Of a stretch of DNA of 64,000 nt, positions 12,065 through 25,002 are shown piece after piece. The stretch lies in assembly GCA_951406725.2 (NCBI GenBank), contig OX597837.1:2356001-2420000 (forward strand), in the 5' to 3' direction. The translations under genes and the position numbers were made by a program. The notes under the pieces are model-generated. The model was not told where the DNA came from. It was given only the letters and a program-made list of their open reading frames with translations, and did not search any database. Position 1 is the stretch's first letter; each line of letters starts with the position of its first letter. The DNA comes from Octopus vulgaris (Eukaryota).

Positions 12065-12357
12065 GCCGTAGGTATCATGGAGATTTTCTTAGCTATAGGA
12101 TTCATGTGGATATTTCCTACAACGAATATTCTTCAAGACGTTGTTATCAATATTCTTCGAGGCATTATTAGCAATATTCTTCTAGACATTATTTACTACA
12201 AATATTCTTTGTGGAGTTACTAACAAGGAATGTCTTGGTAATATTATTAGCGGCGGATTTATTGAAGAAATACGTGAGTTATGAATTTCTTGGAGTTATT
12301 AGTTATTTTTTCACTAAACTATTATAGCTGTTGTGTATTTTCTCCAAGTTATTGCAT
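12065..12357 (+). repeat. Degenerate ~26-30 bp minisatellite, block 2
   Basis: Same TTATTAGC..ATATTCTT motif as 10120-10515; a weaker third block lies at ~12975-13200. Confidence 0.6.
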
Positions 12358-12504
12358 ATATTTATATTCACACACACATATATATATATATAAATACACA
12401 TATATATATACATACATGTATGTATATATGTATATGTATATATATATATACATACATATATGTATATGTATGTATATGTATACGTATATATATATGTATA
12501 TACG

Positions 12505-12560
<56 letters not shown>

Positions 12561-12622
12561 ACATATATATATATATATACATTTATATGTATGAATATAT
12601 ACATATACATACAAACATTTAT

Positions 12623-12661
<39 letters not shown>

Positions 12662-12918
12662 CATACATATACATATACACACACATATATATACATATAT
12701 ATGGACAGAGAGATATACATATATGAATGTATGAATATATATGTACTGATATATGAGTAAATATATATATATGCGTGTGTGTATATATTTATATATATAA
12801 ACGTATGTATATATATACATGTATACATATATACGCATACATATACATACATATACATACACATACATATGTATGTACATATATATACACATACATATAC
12901 ATACATATACATATACAC

Positions 12919-12970
<52 letters not shown>

Positions 12971-13408
12971 ATCAGATGTTATTTGCTATAAATCTCCTGC
13001 AATTTCTATTGTTTAGCTCCGAACACTCTGGGAGACAGTTCATCCTGAAGCTATTACCAGTTATGAGCTAGAAGATTTCTTCGGATCATTTACCAACTAT
13101 GAATATATTATTTGAATATATTATTGACTCTGGCCTTCATTGCGATATTATTATCTGCGGGTTCCCTGCAGAGATCGCTGGTTTGGTATTTTCAGATTTG
13201 ATAATATACTTGATAATTTATTATTTTTTTTATTAAGAATTAAGATAGAGAACGAGTAAATGAGCGTGAGTAAGTGGCTTGCATACTTTTCTTTCAGACC
13301 TTATGATTCGACTGCAAATTAAAAATGTTATTCCTGAGAGCTGGAAATTAGTCTTTGCTGTACCTCATTCATCATATTCACTAAAATCACATTCATTCAG
13401 TTGCACTT

Positions 13409-13473
<65 letters not shown>

Positions 13474-13569
13474 TACACACACACACACACCTATTCGTTC
13501 GTTATCAGATTATATTTGTGTGTGAGAGACCGCGCGCATATATATGCATATATAAATATATGTATTCTG

Positions 13570-13920
13570 ATTATTATTCATTCTACATTTACTAAAAATA
13601 ATACACAACACACTAGCTTGGGCCTATACAGTGATGATGGAATAACAATCGTATTCTCTATGGAAGGATATGACATTCAATTTTTGTTAACCCCTAATCA
13701 TTGTAGTTAAAAATTGCATGACCATAAACCAAATAATACTTTCTAGAAATAACACTAGATCTAACCACAAACAAACAATCCCTTGCAAAAATACATTAGT
13801 AAGTACTCCAACCACCCACCAACAGTTATAAAACATATCACTGATAAAATTAGTTGACGAATATCGAATTAGCATCAGACGAAGAAGTATTTTATAAAAC
13901 TACCCAACACTTCGACTGAG
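13570..13920 (+). mobile_element. Penelope-like element reverse-transcriptase relic
   Basis: Across frameshifts: LGLYSDDG (cf. PLE GLYRDDG), FLEITLDL (cf. FLDVTLDL), YISKYSNHPPTVIKHI (cf. SNHPP), RISN..SDEEVF. Confidence 0.8.
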
Positions 13921-14017
13921 GATTATGGAGAAATTGGTCCAATGTCAAATGGAAGTGTAGTACATAGAATTAAAGACATCGAATAAGTAAACACGAAAAT
14001 ATTGTTGAGTAGAACTT

Positions 14018-14405
14018 TCTAGCGGTTGTACAACATTGTTTAGCACACCGGGCGAAATACTTAACGGCATTTCGTCTGCCGTTACGTTCTCAGCTCAAAT
14101 TCCACCGAGGTCGACTTTGCCTTTCATCCTTTCGGGGTCGATAAATTAAGTACCAGTTACGCACTGGGGTCCATGTAATCGACTTAATCCGTTTGTCTGT
14201 CCTTGTTTGTCCCTTCTGTGTTTAGCCCTTTGGGGGTAATAAAGAAATAGGAATTTCGTCTGCCACTACGTTCTGAGTTCAAATTCCGCCGAGGTCGACT
14301 TTGATCTTTTCGGGGTCGATAAATTAAGTACCAGTTGCATACTGGGGTAGATCTAACCGGCCAGCCCCCTCCCCCAAAATTTCAGGCCTTGTGCCTAGAA
14401 TAGAA
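14018..14405 (+). mobile_element. SINE family B head-to-tail dimer
   Basis: Two units joined at AAAGAAATAGG|AATTTCGTC (~14241-14260). Confidence 0.85.
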
Positions 14406-14624
14406 AAATATATTTCCTGTCACTGACAATTGCAAACCTTGTCGCTGCAGAATAACAAGACAAATTATTTAGTCAAACTTCTATAAAATACTGTTCTAGT
14501 CGTTTGACTAAGGCAGAAATAAAACCTTTAACAACGCCGAAACTAACAACACCTCACAGCCACAATAACCTGGATACAACTGAAGAAATAGACTAAAGTG
14601 ATCTCTTAATATTATCTGCCTCTG

Positions 14625-14840
14625 GGGCGGCGAGCTAGCAGAATCGTTAGAACGCTGCACGAAATGCTTGGCGGTATTTCGTCTGTTTTTACGTCCTGAG
14701 TTCAAATTCCACCGAGGTCGACTTTGCCTTTTATCCTTACGGGGTCGATAAATTTAGTAACTGTTACGTACTGGGATCGATCTAATCGACTGACCCCACC
14801 CTCAAAAATGTCGGGCCTTATGCTTAGAATAGAAAAGAAT
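14625..14840 (+). mobile_element. SINE family B copy
   Basis: GGCGGCGAGCTAGCAGAATCGTTAG..GAGTTCAAATTCC..GGGGTCGATAAAT. Confidence 0.88.
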
Positions 14841-16320
14841 ATTATCTGCTGCCCCTTAAACACGCTAGATTACAGAGGCGGCGGACCATTTATTGCATGG
14901 AATATATCAGAATATCTCTACAATGGAATATAATTTGCTTTATTCTCTTTTTGGTCAAAATTCCTGTCATTGGCCAGTCTTCTTCATTCCGCTCTGCTTT
15001 TGGAGACGTTTTACTCGACTCCAAGACATGACTGCTCTGCTGTACTGGACATGGGTTTCTTTGTTTCATATACAAAAACTACGTGTTTCTTTGATATGCA
15101 AAAATACGGAGTGGTCACCGTTGGAAGACATTTGATTAGAAACCTGCTCTTTTAGGACACTCTTGTGTTTAAATAACATTATCACCAACAAGCTAAACTA
15201 CACCAATCACTATTCCTACTACTACTACTACCACCACTACTGCTGCTGCTGCTGCAGTAGCTTCGCTAACAATACAGCAATGAAATCAATAGGCCGATAG
15301 CTCAATGGCAAGTATTTTATCAAAATAGCGGAAAATAATGTTTAGTGTTTTTATTTCATTCGTTGTCTTCCGCCATTTTTTGTTCGTATTTGTTAAATTT
15401 ATATTTTTTTAAAAATTAAAATTTTGTTGTTGCTGTTGTTGTTGTTTGTTCTGAGAAAGTTTAATAGTTTATTTCCTATCTCATCATCCTACTCTCATTG
15501 CAAAAGAAATAGCTGGGATACATGTCTTCATTCGATGGTGATGGCAAAGCTTTTAAATTCACAGAGCACGCGAAAACAAAAGGTTTAATAATTATAAAAA
15601 CTAAACACAAGAAAGCCAAATAAAAATACAAGTAAAAAAACTCTCTCCTAATCCGACATTTAAAATGGCGATTTCTCATTCGTGCGCTTTGGCTTAGATT
15701 TCTTTCATTTTATTTTACATTCTAGTTTGCCTTTTTTGTTTCGCTTATACATTTTGCTTTTATGGTTCTTTAAGGTTATGTATATTGTTGTAGAATTTTT
15801 CCTTTCTTTGTTTAAACTTTTATAGTTATTTTATTTGGTTTGTTTCTCTTTGATTCTCTTGTCTTTATGTTTTACTGGTGGCGTTATGATTTAAGCATGT
15901 GTGCATCTATGTATGTGCGCGATAATGTGCGTGTGTGTATTTGTATTGCGTGTGAACGCGTGTGTATTGTTTTGTATATACGTATTGTGAATATGTAGCA
16001 ATGTGAGTGCGCGTGCATGCATGCGTGCGTGCGTGCATTTAAACGCGTTTGTCTGTATGTGTATGTTTGCGCCGATGTGTATTTGTTTCAGTTTGAAAGT
16101 ATGTGCGCACGCGTGTATGTTTGTGTATGCGTGATTTGATGTATGCGGGTGTTTATTTTACGTGTATTTGTGTTTGTGTGTGTGTGTTTATTTTTGTGTG
16201 TGTATGCGCATTGGAACCTTTGTATGTGTGTGTATGTCTATGCTGGTGTTTGTGTGTATACACGTGTATATGTGTATGTTTGTGACTGCGTACGTGTTTG
16301 TGTTTGAGAGTTTATTAGTG

Positions 16321-16364
<44 letters not shown>

Positions 16365-16502
16365 TATGCACCTATATGTATTACGTGTATTTATATGTAT
16401 GTGTTTTTACACATCTGTATTTAACTAAGTGCACGGGATTTTATGCGCGTGTGTGCGTTGCTTCTTTGTGTTTGTGTTTATATTTGAGAGAATGTGTGTC
16501 TG

Positions 16503-16684
16503 TACGTGTGGCTTAGGGCTTCGGGGGTATTCGGCTCACAATCGTAAGGTCACGAGTTCGATTCCCGGCGGTGAGTAGTGTCCTTCAGCAAGATACTTTA
16601 TTTCACGTTGCCCCAGTTCATTGACGTGGCAAAAATGAGTTGTACCTGTAATTCAAAGGGGCCAACCTTGTCACATTCCGTGTC
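16503..16684 (+). mobile_element. SINE family C, 5' part
   Basis: tRNA-like head with GAGTTCGATTCCCGG B-box, followed by GTGTCCTTCAGCAAGATACT. Confidence 0.78.
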
Positions 16685-16794
16685 TTCCTATATTTCTTCT
16701 ATCTCACTTTTACGTGTTTCAGTCATTGGACTGCGGTCACACCTAGGCACAGACAAATACGAAGGCATACCTATATATATATATATATATATAT

Positions 16795-16916
16795 ATCACC
16801 GTGATCACCGTGACCGACCAGGCTATCAGATGTTGCTACACATCGCTGGTCACAATGCGCTTCGCATTGTTTTAGCCTTCAAATGACGCCACCCCGCTGG
16901 CTAAGCGAGAAGGCCA

Positions 16917-16917
<1 letters not shown>
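16795..16917 (-). mobile_element. Short retroelement 3' tail (RTE-like) within (TA)n
   Basis: Minus strand ends in the tandem repeat CACGGTGAT CACGGTGAT, as expected of RTE-type tails; family assignment is inferred. Confidence 0.45.
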
Positions 16918-16980
<63 letters not shown>

Positions 16981-16984
<4 letters not shown>

Positions 16985-17626
16985 AATAAATCTCTGAGCG
17001 AGGTATAAACAGTAACTGCTCTATAACATAAGGGGGATCAGTCATCTGAATGTGGCTAGGGACAGGGCGGGGTAGTGGGGGTGTTATTGATGCATTTAGC
17101 CCCAGGCGATCATCAACGTCACCAGAAGGGCTGACACCATCTCGGTGTCCTTGCCAGCCTGCAAAGGGAGATCAGCCTCCCCGAAGATACGGATATTACA
17201 TACGGACCGGTGCCGAGGTATTTGCCTCTTATCAACGCATGGTAAGCACCGTTCTTCGTTGAGGGACCTCCTCTACAGGCTGGATATATATGGATTTTCA
17301 CAGTAACCACAGTCACTGATGTAGAAAAACCGTTCGACAACAATAATAAATCTCTGAGTGAGGTATAAACAGCCTGTAGAGGAGGTCCCTCAACGAAGAA
17401 CGGTGCTTACCATGCGTTGATAAGAGGCAAATACCTCGAAACCGGTCCGTATGTAGTATCCGTATCTTCGGGGAGGCTGATCTCCCTTTGCAGGCTGGCA
17501 AGGACACCGAGATGGTGTCAGCCCTTCTGGTGACGTTGATGATCGCCTGGGGCTAAATGCATCAGTAACACCCCCACTACCCCGCCCTGTCCCTAGCCAC
17601 ATTCAGATGGCTGATCCCCCTTATGT

Positions 17627-17630
<4 letters not shown>
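16981..17630. mobile_element. Young foldback element: 261-bp inverted arms (17022-17282 and 17370-17630), 87-bp spacer, 32-bp direct repeat, hammerhead in each arm
   Basis: Arms differ at about 5 positions; CAATAATAAATCTCTGAGYGAGGTATAAACAG at 16981-17012 and 17341-17372; (TA)n on both sides. Confidence 0.88.
17411..17453 (+). ncRNA. Minimal type I hammerhead ribozyme with U3-A8 core variant
   Basis: caugcg UUGAUAA GAGG-caaaua-CCUC GAAAC cg GUC cguaug; stem I 6 bp, stem II 4 bp, palindromic stem III ACCGGU. The mirror copy (17199-17241, minus) has GAAAC changed to GGCAC. Confidence 0.75.
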
Positions 17631-17687
<57 letters not shown>

Positions 17688-17689
<2 letters not shown>

Positions 17690-17815
17690 GCAAAAGAGAC
17701 CGATAGGATAAGTACTGGGCTTACAAAGAATAAGTCCCGGGGTCGATTTGCTCGACTAAAGGCGGTGCTCAGCATGGCCGCATCAAATGACTGAAACAAG
17801 TAAGAGTAAAGAGTA
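17688..17815 (+). mobile_element. SINE family A 3' tail
   Basis: CGGCAAAAGAGACCGATAG..CGACTAAAGGCGGTGCTC..AAATGACTGAAACAAGTAA. Confidence 0.85.
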
Positions 17816-17955
17816 TGTATATATATATATATGAGGATCTATATATATATGTATATATATATATACATACATGTGAATGTATGCATGTGTTTGAAATCAG
17901 GCACATGTGGTCAACATGTATGCATTTTGGTGCACACGAATGAGTCATCATGTGT

Positions 17956-18008
<53 letters not shown>

Positions 18009-18139
18009 TAAAATGTCTGTGTATGGTCGTGTGTGTATATACATGTATGTGTGCGTGTATGCGCTTGTGTTTGTCTTTGTAATTGAGATCTGAGGAATGT
18101 ATGCATACATTTTTTTGTGTTCATGAATGCGATCATATT

Positions 18140-18177
<38 letters not shown>

Positions 18178-18486
18178 AGTGCGTATGCGTGTGGGAATGT
18201 GTTTGTGTGTGTGTGCGTGCGCGAGCGCGCGTGTGTAATTGCGATTTGGTGTGAACAAGAATGAAATAATTTTGCAATTTGTGATCGATTTTTCACCAAC
18301 ATTTCAAAATTCGGTTTAGATAAATGTATGTGTACCTGCAAGTATGGGTGCGTGAGTGTGTAAGTGTGCGCACGCGTGTGTGTGCTTGAGTTTGCTGCAT
18401 GCAGAGAAGTGATTCCAGATATGCGTCTTATTTGCAATAAATAGGAGAATGTGGTATATAGAAATAGCCACCCCATGTATATGTGT

Positions 18487-18611
<125 letters not shown>

Positions 18612-18651
18612 TACTTATACATATATATATACATACTTATACATATATATA

Positions 18652-18710
<59 letters not shown>

Positions 18711-18984
18711 AGAGAGAAGAGAGAGAGATTGTGAGTATCCACATAAATATATATATATATACACACACACACATCCGTAACGGGTTTGTAGTTCTCGACA
18801 ACGGTATTATGTGTAATTATAACGTGTTAGAAATAGGAAGGGGTGACGGGTCCGTTATGTTTCCCTCGAAAGGGAAATATTTTAATGTTTTAAGGGTTAA
18901 GGGTTAACAATGAATAATTTCTATAGGGAAACATTAGGGATTTGAGGAGAAACAAAAGACGCAGGAATGAACCGGTGCTGGGAA

Positions 18985-19330
18985 CGACCATGGCGGTGAC
19001 GGTGGTGCTGGTGGTGGTGGTGTTGGTGGCGATGGTAGTAGTGGTGGTAATCGTCGTGGTCGTGATGAAAGCAGGGTTGATAATAGCGGTGATGGTGATA
19101 GTTATAGAGGAGGTCATGGTGGTAGTGGCGACAGTGTCCGTAGTAGATAATGACGATGATGATGTTGATGGTGGTGGTGCTGGTGCTGGTGCTGGTGGTG
19201 ACGGTGGTAGTAGTGGTAGTAATGGCGGCGGCGGCGGCGGCAGTGGTGGTGGCAGCGGCGACGGCGGTGGTGGTGGCGCTCTTAGTAATGAAGAACGGTG
19301 ATGGTGGTGTTGGTGCTATTGCTTTGGTTT
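18985..19330. repeat. (GGT)n/(GGC)n/(GAT)n low-complexity tract
   Basis: Directly visible. Confidence 0.85.
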
Positions 19331-19633
19331 TGTGAGTGGTGGCAAAGACGGCGAAATGCAGAGTTGGCGGCACTTATAGTGATGGAGAAAATATGACGCT
19401 GATGCCTTTGGTAATAATCGTTCTTGCACTGTTAGAAGTGCTGTTTGTTGTGATTGTAGTTTTGGTGGTAGTAGAGATTGCGGTGGCAGTGGTACTGATA
19501 GTCTTCAACCTCCAGTCAACCTTCAATCAGCAGACACATAAAAAAAAGAGAATTCCATCAGACCATTCCCTCTCAGAAATTTATACCAGGCTACGTGTAC
19601 CTTGTTGTACACCGTCCAATGTGTATTTTTTAA

Positions 19634-19838
19634 CCCTTTAGCATTCAGATTACTCTGTTAAATACATTGCTTATTTATTCACAATGTTTTCAATTCTCAT
19701 AGATTATCTTGTTGCGTTGAGATTTCAGTAATATGATTGCTTAGTTTTAGAACAACATTGTAGGGTAGGTGTGAGAGGCCTGACCTGGCCACTTTGAACG
19801 TAACAAAGGAAGAGTAATTAGGTTTCAATACAAAACGG
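19634..19838. mobile_element. piggyBac-like MITE
   Basis: TTAA|CCCTTTAGCATT left end and degenerate AATACAAAACGG|TTAA right end; TTAA on both sides. Confidence 0.55.
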
Positions 19839-19948
19839 TTAAGATAGTAGTTTGTGATTGATTTGAGGGAGACTTTGCTGCTATTTCTAACAGACTACAT
19901 AGAGGCTGTCAGATTTGGTTGCTAACTGCTCTGATTTTAACTTCCTTT

Positions 19949-20244
19949 GGTGAAAGCGCGTGGCTTAAATCTAGGGTGGTTGGCTCACGATCGTAAAGTT
20001 GTTGGTTCGACTCCTGGCGGTTCACGGCAAAACACTTTATTTCATGTTACTAGCAAAAATTAGTATCTGTAATTCAAAGGGACAGCCCTTGTCCCATTCT
20101 GTGACATGCTGAATCTCCCCGGGGATTACATTACAGGTACGCGTGTCTGCGGAGTACGCAGCCGCTTAGACATTAATTTCACGAACAGATTGTTGCGTTG
20201 ATCGTATCAACTGGGACCCTCATCGTCGTAACAGACGCAGTGTC
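19949..20244 (+). mobile_element. SINE family C copy
   Basis: GCGCGTGGCTTA..GGTTCGACTCCTGG head plus the shared tail. Confidence 0.8.
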
Positions 20245-20526
20245 GGAATCAAGGTTACGGTTAGAGTTAACATAAGGTTGAAGGTTAGGGTTAGGGTGAG
20301 CGTCTCTCCAGCTTTTCGTATTCTGATAGGGACATCGGTCATGATATCGGTGCCAAGCCGTTTCGGTCCAAGTTGGCGGCGAGGGAAAGAGAAGACTTGC
20401 ATGTAGAGAATGTTGATCTGCCGCAAAAAATTCTTGCCCAGTCCGATAATTTACATGTAAAGATAATGGTTCACCTTTGACCGCCGGAAGCCCCTACACC
20501 TATTGTAATTATTGCTGTTCTTTAGG

Positions 20527-20720
20527 TAAGGAGCTGGAAGAACCGTTAGCACGCCGGAGAAAATGTTAAACAGCACCTCGTCCGTCTTTATATGCTGAGT
20601 TCAAATTCCGCCGAGGTCAACTTTACCTTTCGGGGCTGATAAAATAAGTACCTTTCATGTACTGGTGTCAATGTAACTGACTGGGCCCCCTCCCCTCAAG
20701 ACTGATGCCAAAATTTCAAA
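20527..20720 (+). mobile_element. SINE family B copy
   Basis: GAGCTGGAAGAACCGTTAGCACGCCGG..GAGTTCAAATTCCGCCGAGGTC. Confidence 0.82.
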
Positions 20721-22183
20721 GCATTATTGTTACTATCTAATCCCAGTCAGCTCCGATTATGCACACTTTATATGATCAAAATCAATCCAATTATGACCAT
20801 CCAGCATTTTTCCTCTATTCAATGCTTACACAGTTCATTTGTCCAACATGCAATCCATTTCTAAGACAGTAGAGTGTGATTTGAGAAACTTGGACTGCTA
20901 TTTCTAGCAAATCAAACGTCCACGTTATGGCTCTTCTGACTGTGATTCCATATTTTCGTGTACACAATACGCACAAAGTTACCTCGCCCGACATAATATC
21001 CACTTGCACAACGATAGAAGGTGATTTGAGGAAATTTGGTTGCTATTTCTAGTTCATTCAGCGTCCGTGTTATGACCCTTGCGTTGACCGTGATCGTCTT
21101 GTGCTATGATTTGTAACCCTTTTGTGTGTGTGTGGGGGGGGGTTTCTACTCTCCTGAGCAATCGACCTAAAAAATTATGGTAAGAAAGCAAAATTTATTC
21201 TTGTAGAGAAGCGAATGTATTACGCAATAATAACGTATGTTGTGTAATTAGATTTAATTTAAACGTTCTTAGAAGTCGGATGAAGGAAAACAAATCGAGC
21301 GAAAACAACGCGAAAAATGATAAAGAATTGTTCGACTTCAAAACGAATTTTTCCCACAGGAATATTAGGCTGAGCCCCCCTCCACCCTCCCCGAACACAC
21401 TCCACCACCACCATTCATGGATTTGAAATTTCACACCATTGAAAAGATACCCCCGGGATATATGAACTGCAGTTTTAATGGTTAAGACCCCACGTTGTGA
21501 TGGTGGTGGAGGAAGGTTGATGGAGGTGGCGATGATAGATGGGGCGGTTGATGGTGGTGGTGGGGGGAGGTTGATGAAGGTGGGTGATGGGGGTGATGGC
21601 TGTGGTAGTGGTGGTGCTCGTGGTGGCGGCGGTGGTGACATAATCTTTAACCTGTGCGACCTTCCATCCAATCTCACATATTCCACCCTTATTCTCACAA
21701 TGTCTCTCCACCCCTAAGTCTTTGCCCCAGACCCTAACACTCCGAAACCCCCTTCCTCCTTCCCTATATACGACTCTCCACCTTAATCCCGTTGTTCGAA
21801 CCAAAGGCGGAGCTCCTACGTTGACATGCTACCTACTAGAAACAACAGCTAAATCTCAATTCAAATCCATGTTATTGAACAAAAAGGACGCGATGAATGA
21901 CGTAGCACCATGGATCATGCACATAGAAATATGACTGGAGGGTCACGGATGTAACACCACTGAACACAGGTCTACTCTATCAGGGCAGACCTGGGTTTAA
22001 GCAACATCAACAAAATCTTAATCACGTTATGTCGCTTTAATGTAACATTCATAACACACATATAACACAACCGCTGAAAATACCCGGGAACGTAAACAAA
22101 CGAACACCACTTATCATGTGGTAGTTGTGGACAAACACACAAACACACACATATATATGTATACATATATATATATATATATA

Positions 22184-22765
22184 CTAGCAGCATAGCCCGG
22201 CGTTGCCCGGGTATGGAAGGTGTCCCCTAGACAGTTTGTGGTTTGTGTTTAATACACAAATCGGTTTGCTATGTGTGCCACATATGATTTAATTAACCGA
22301 TTTTTTCCAGTAATAAAGCATCCTATTGGAATAAAAAGGGCCATATAGCTCCTTGGAGCAGACATGATGCTCGCTGTGAATTAAAAAAAAATTCCTGCCA
22401 ATTTGTGAAAGATATTGTCGAAAATATGTCAGCTTGAATTTGAACGCGATTTCCCAAAATGGCATGATTTTATCGATTTTTTCTCATGGTAAGGTATTGC
22501 ATGGAAAACTAATGTCAGAATTAAGTTTCTTAGGGTAACATTAAGCTTCACCATGAGTTTGGTGAAAATCAATTGCAAGTTGCGAAAACTACAACAGAAA
22601 ATGTGTTGCATATGAAAAGCTTAGATTCTTGACCCCATGTCGAATTTATCGATTTTTTTCAGAACTTTAGGAACTTTTCAAAACTTTCGCTGCGTTAGTT
22701 TTGAATTATGACATTGGGCTATGTGTGTGTCAAGTTTCATCAGAATCGGTTGAAAGCTGTGGTCA
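22184..22765 (-). mobile_element. Non-autonomous Helitron-like element (3' end intact, 5' end lost)
   Basis: Minus strand ends in hairpin CCCGG-gcaacg-CCGGG, 8 nt, CTAG|t. The internal CAAGTTTCATCAGAATCGGTTG motif resembles those at ~9906 and ~31470. Confidence 0.65.
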
Positions 22766-22774
22766 TATATATAT

Positions 22775-23160
22775 GCGCGCAGGAGTGGCTGTGTGGTAAG
22801 AAACTTGCTTCCCAACCACATGATTCCGTGTTCAGTCCCTCTGTGTGCCACCTTGGGCAAGTGTCTTCTACTATAGCGTCGAGCCGACCAAGGAATTGTG
22901 AATGGATCTGACATGCGGAAACTGAAAGAAGCCCGTCGTATGTATATATGTTTTGTGTGTTTGTTATTTGTGTCTGTGTTTGTTCCTCCAACATCGCTTG
23001 ACAACCGATGTCGGTGAGTTTACGTCCACGTAACTTAGCGATTCGGCAATAAGTACTAGGCTTACAAAGGTGAAGTCCAGGTGTCGATTTTTCGACTAAA
23101 GATAGTGCTCCAGCATGGCCACAGACAAATGACTGAAACAGATGAAAGAAACAGATAAAA
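22775..23160 (+). mobile_element. SINE family A, near full length
   Basis: GCGCAGGAGTGGCTGTGTGGTAAG head, GTTCAGTCCC B-box-like, CCTTGGGCAAGTGTCTTCTACTATAGC, family 3' tail. Confidence 0.88.
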
Positions 23161-23185
23161 GATATGCATATATATATATATATAT

Positions 23186-23335
23186 GACAGGCTCCCTTCA
23201 GTTTCCGTCAACCAAATTTACTCACCGGCCTTTGATCAGCCCGAAACTGTAGTAGAAGAGACTTTTCCAGGATGTCAAGCTCTGAGATTGAAACGAGAAT
23301 CATGTGGTTTGGAATCTAAGATCTTACCACGCCGG
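23186..23335 (-). mobile_element. SINE family A 5' half
   Basis: Reverse complement of the family A head (TTCAGTTTCCGTCAACCAAA..). Confidence 0.7.
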
Positions 23336-24184
23336 AGCCAATTTCTTTTTTATATCATAAATTCTGTATATTTATTTTTAGATATTTTCATATTTTTCTT
23401 CGCTTCACAAAAAAGGAACAATTTTTCTTAATCCACTTTTTATATTTTTGTAGCTTTTGCGATATATTTTTTTCCTTTTTTTCTTCGATTTTTTTTTTGT
23501 ATTTTGAAAATTAAATTTTGTTTCGAGTTTATTTCACTTTTTTTCTTCCTTTTTTCCTCAATTACAGATTTTCATCGAATTTTTATATCTTTGTGGCATT
23601 TTTGGTGCCTAGTGATGTATATTTTAAAATATTTCGTGCATTGTTTTCGCCTTGTATAATGGTGGTGGTGGTGGTGCTGGTGGTGGTGGTACGGATAGCA
23701 GTGTGTGATGATGGCAGTGTGTAACAGTAGCGGTGGGGGAATAGTAATGGGCGGATATAACGGTGGTTGGGGTATTGGTTACGTCGTTAGTGCGGCGGCG
23801 GCAACGGTGTTGATGGCGGTAATGGTGGGGGTGTTGGTGGTGTTAGTGGTGGTTGTGTGAAGGTGCTTCGTCTGATGTGATGATGACGACGGCAGTGGTG
23901 ATGGAGGTGGTGGTGGTGATGGTGATGGCCCTGTTGACACCATTATTTAAACTGATGCTGCTGACGCTGTGGTGAGGCGATGGTGCTGCTAGCGGTTTGT
24001 GATGATGGTAATGGTTATGTTGCTTTTGCTGCTGCTAGTGGAGGTGGGTAAAATCAACCCAACCACACTTATATCGATAGTTCGATTTTTCACGGCCTTA
24101 TTTCTGTCACTCAAAATCAGCTTCTTAAGAAACTGTGAGGAAGAATAAACCCACGTTTCAAACAAAGACTGGGTTTGGTTTTCC

Positions 24185-24960
24185 AAACCGCCGGACGAAA
24201 TACTCAGCGGTATTTCGTCTGTCGCTACGTTCTGAGTTCAAATTCCGTCGAGTTTGCCTTTTATCCTTTCAGGGTCGATAAATTAAGTACAGTTGAGTAC
24301 TGACTCGATGTAACCGACTGGCCCCATCTCCAAAAATTTCGTACCTTGTGCCAAGAGTAGAAAAAAATAAGAATCCTTTCTACAAAAGGCACAAGGCACG
24401 ATATCGACCCCAGTTTTCCACTGATACTCAATTTATCGACCCCGAAAGGATGAAAGGCAAAGTGAACTCCGACGGAATTTGAACTCAGATTGTAGCAATA
24501 GACGAAATACCTATTTCTTTACTACCCACAAGGGGATAAACACAGAGGGGACAAACAAGGACAGACAAACGGATTAAGTCGATTACATTGACCCCAGTAC
24601 GTAACTGGTACTTAATTTATCGACCCCGAAAGGATGAAAGGCAAAGTCGACCTCGGCGGAATTTGGACTCAGAACGTAACGGCAGACGCAATACCTATTT
24701 CTATTTCTTTACTACTCTCAAAGAGCTAAACACAGAGGGAACAAACAAGGACAGAAAAACGGATTAAGTCTATTACATGGACTCCAGTGTGTAACTGGTA
24801 CTTAATTTATCGACCCCGAAATATGAGGAACAAGGTTTAACCGATCCTGTTGATCCCATTATGTATAACAATTTATTGATCCCGGAAGAATGAAAGACAA
24901 AGTTGATCCTGGCGAGATTTGAACCCAGAGTGTAAAGACCTGCAACACAAAAACACATTT
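24185..24960. mobile_element. SINE family B cluster: one plus copy (24185-24362) and a minus-strand multimer (24372-24960)
   Basis: Repeated ATCGACCCCGAAAGGATGAAAGGCAAAGT; junctions GACG(A/C)AATACCTATTTCT at ~24501 and ~24685. Confidence 0.87.
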
Positions 24961-24992
24961 TTCTGCTAAATTATAATATGCTGCCACACGCT

Positions 24993-25002
24993 CCTACTAC
25001 TT

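Noticed and set aside
10120-12357. Possible CRISPR-like repeat-spacer array
   Set aside because: Units are degenerate and contiguous, with no constant repeat plus unique spacers, no cas genes, and a eukaryotic context.
14625-14720. tRNA genes suggested by A/B-box motifs
   Set aside because: The boxes belong to SINE heads that continue into shared SINE bodies; no complete cloverleaf was seen.
17050-17602. Two near-identical 70-aa ORFs on opposite strands (MWLGTGRGSGGV..)
   Set aside because: A by-product of the inverted repeat; non-ATG starts and no recognisable domain.
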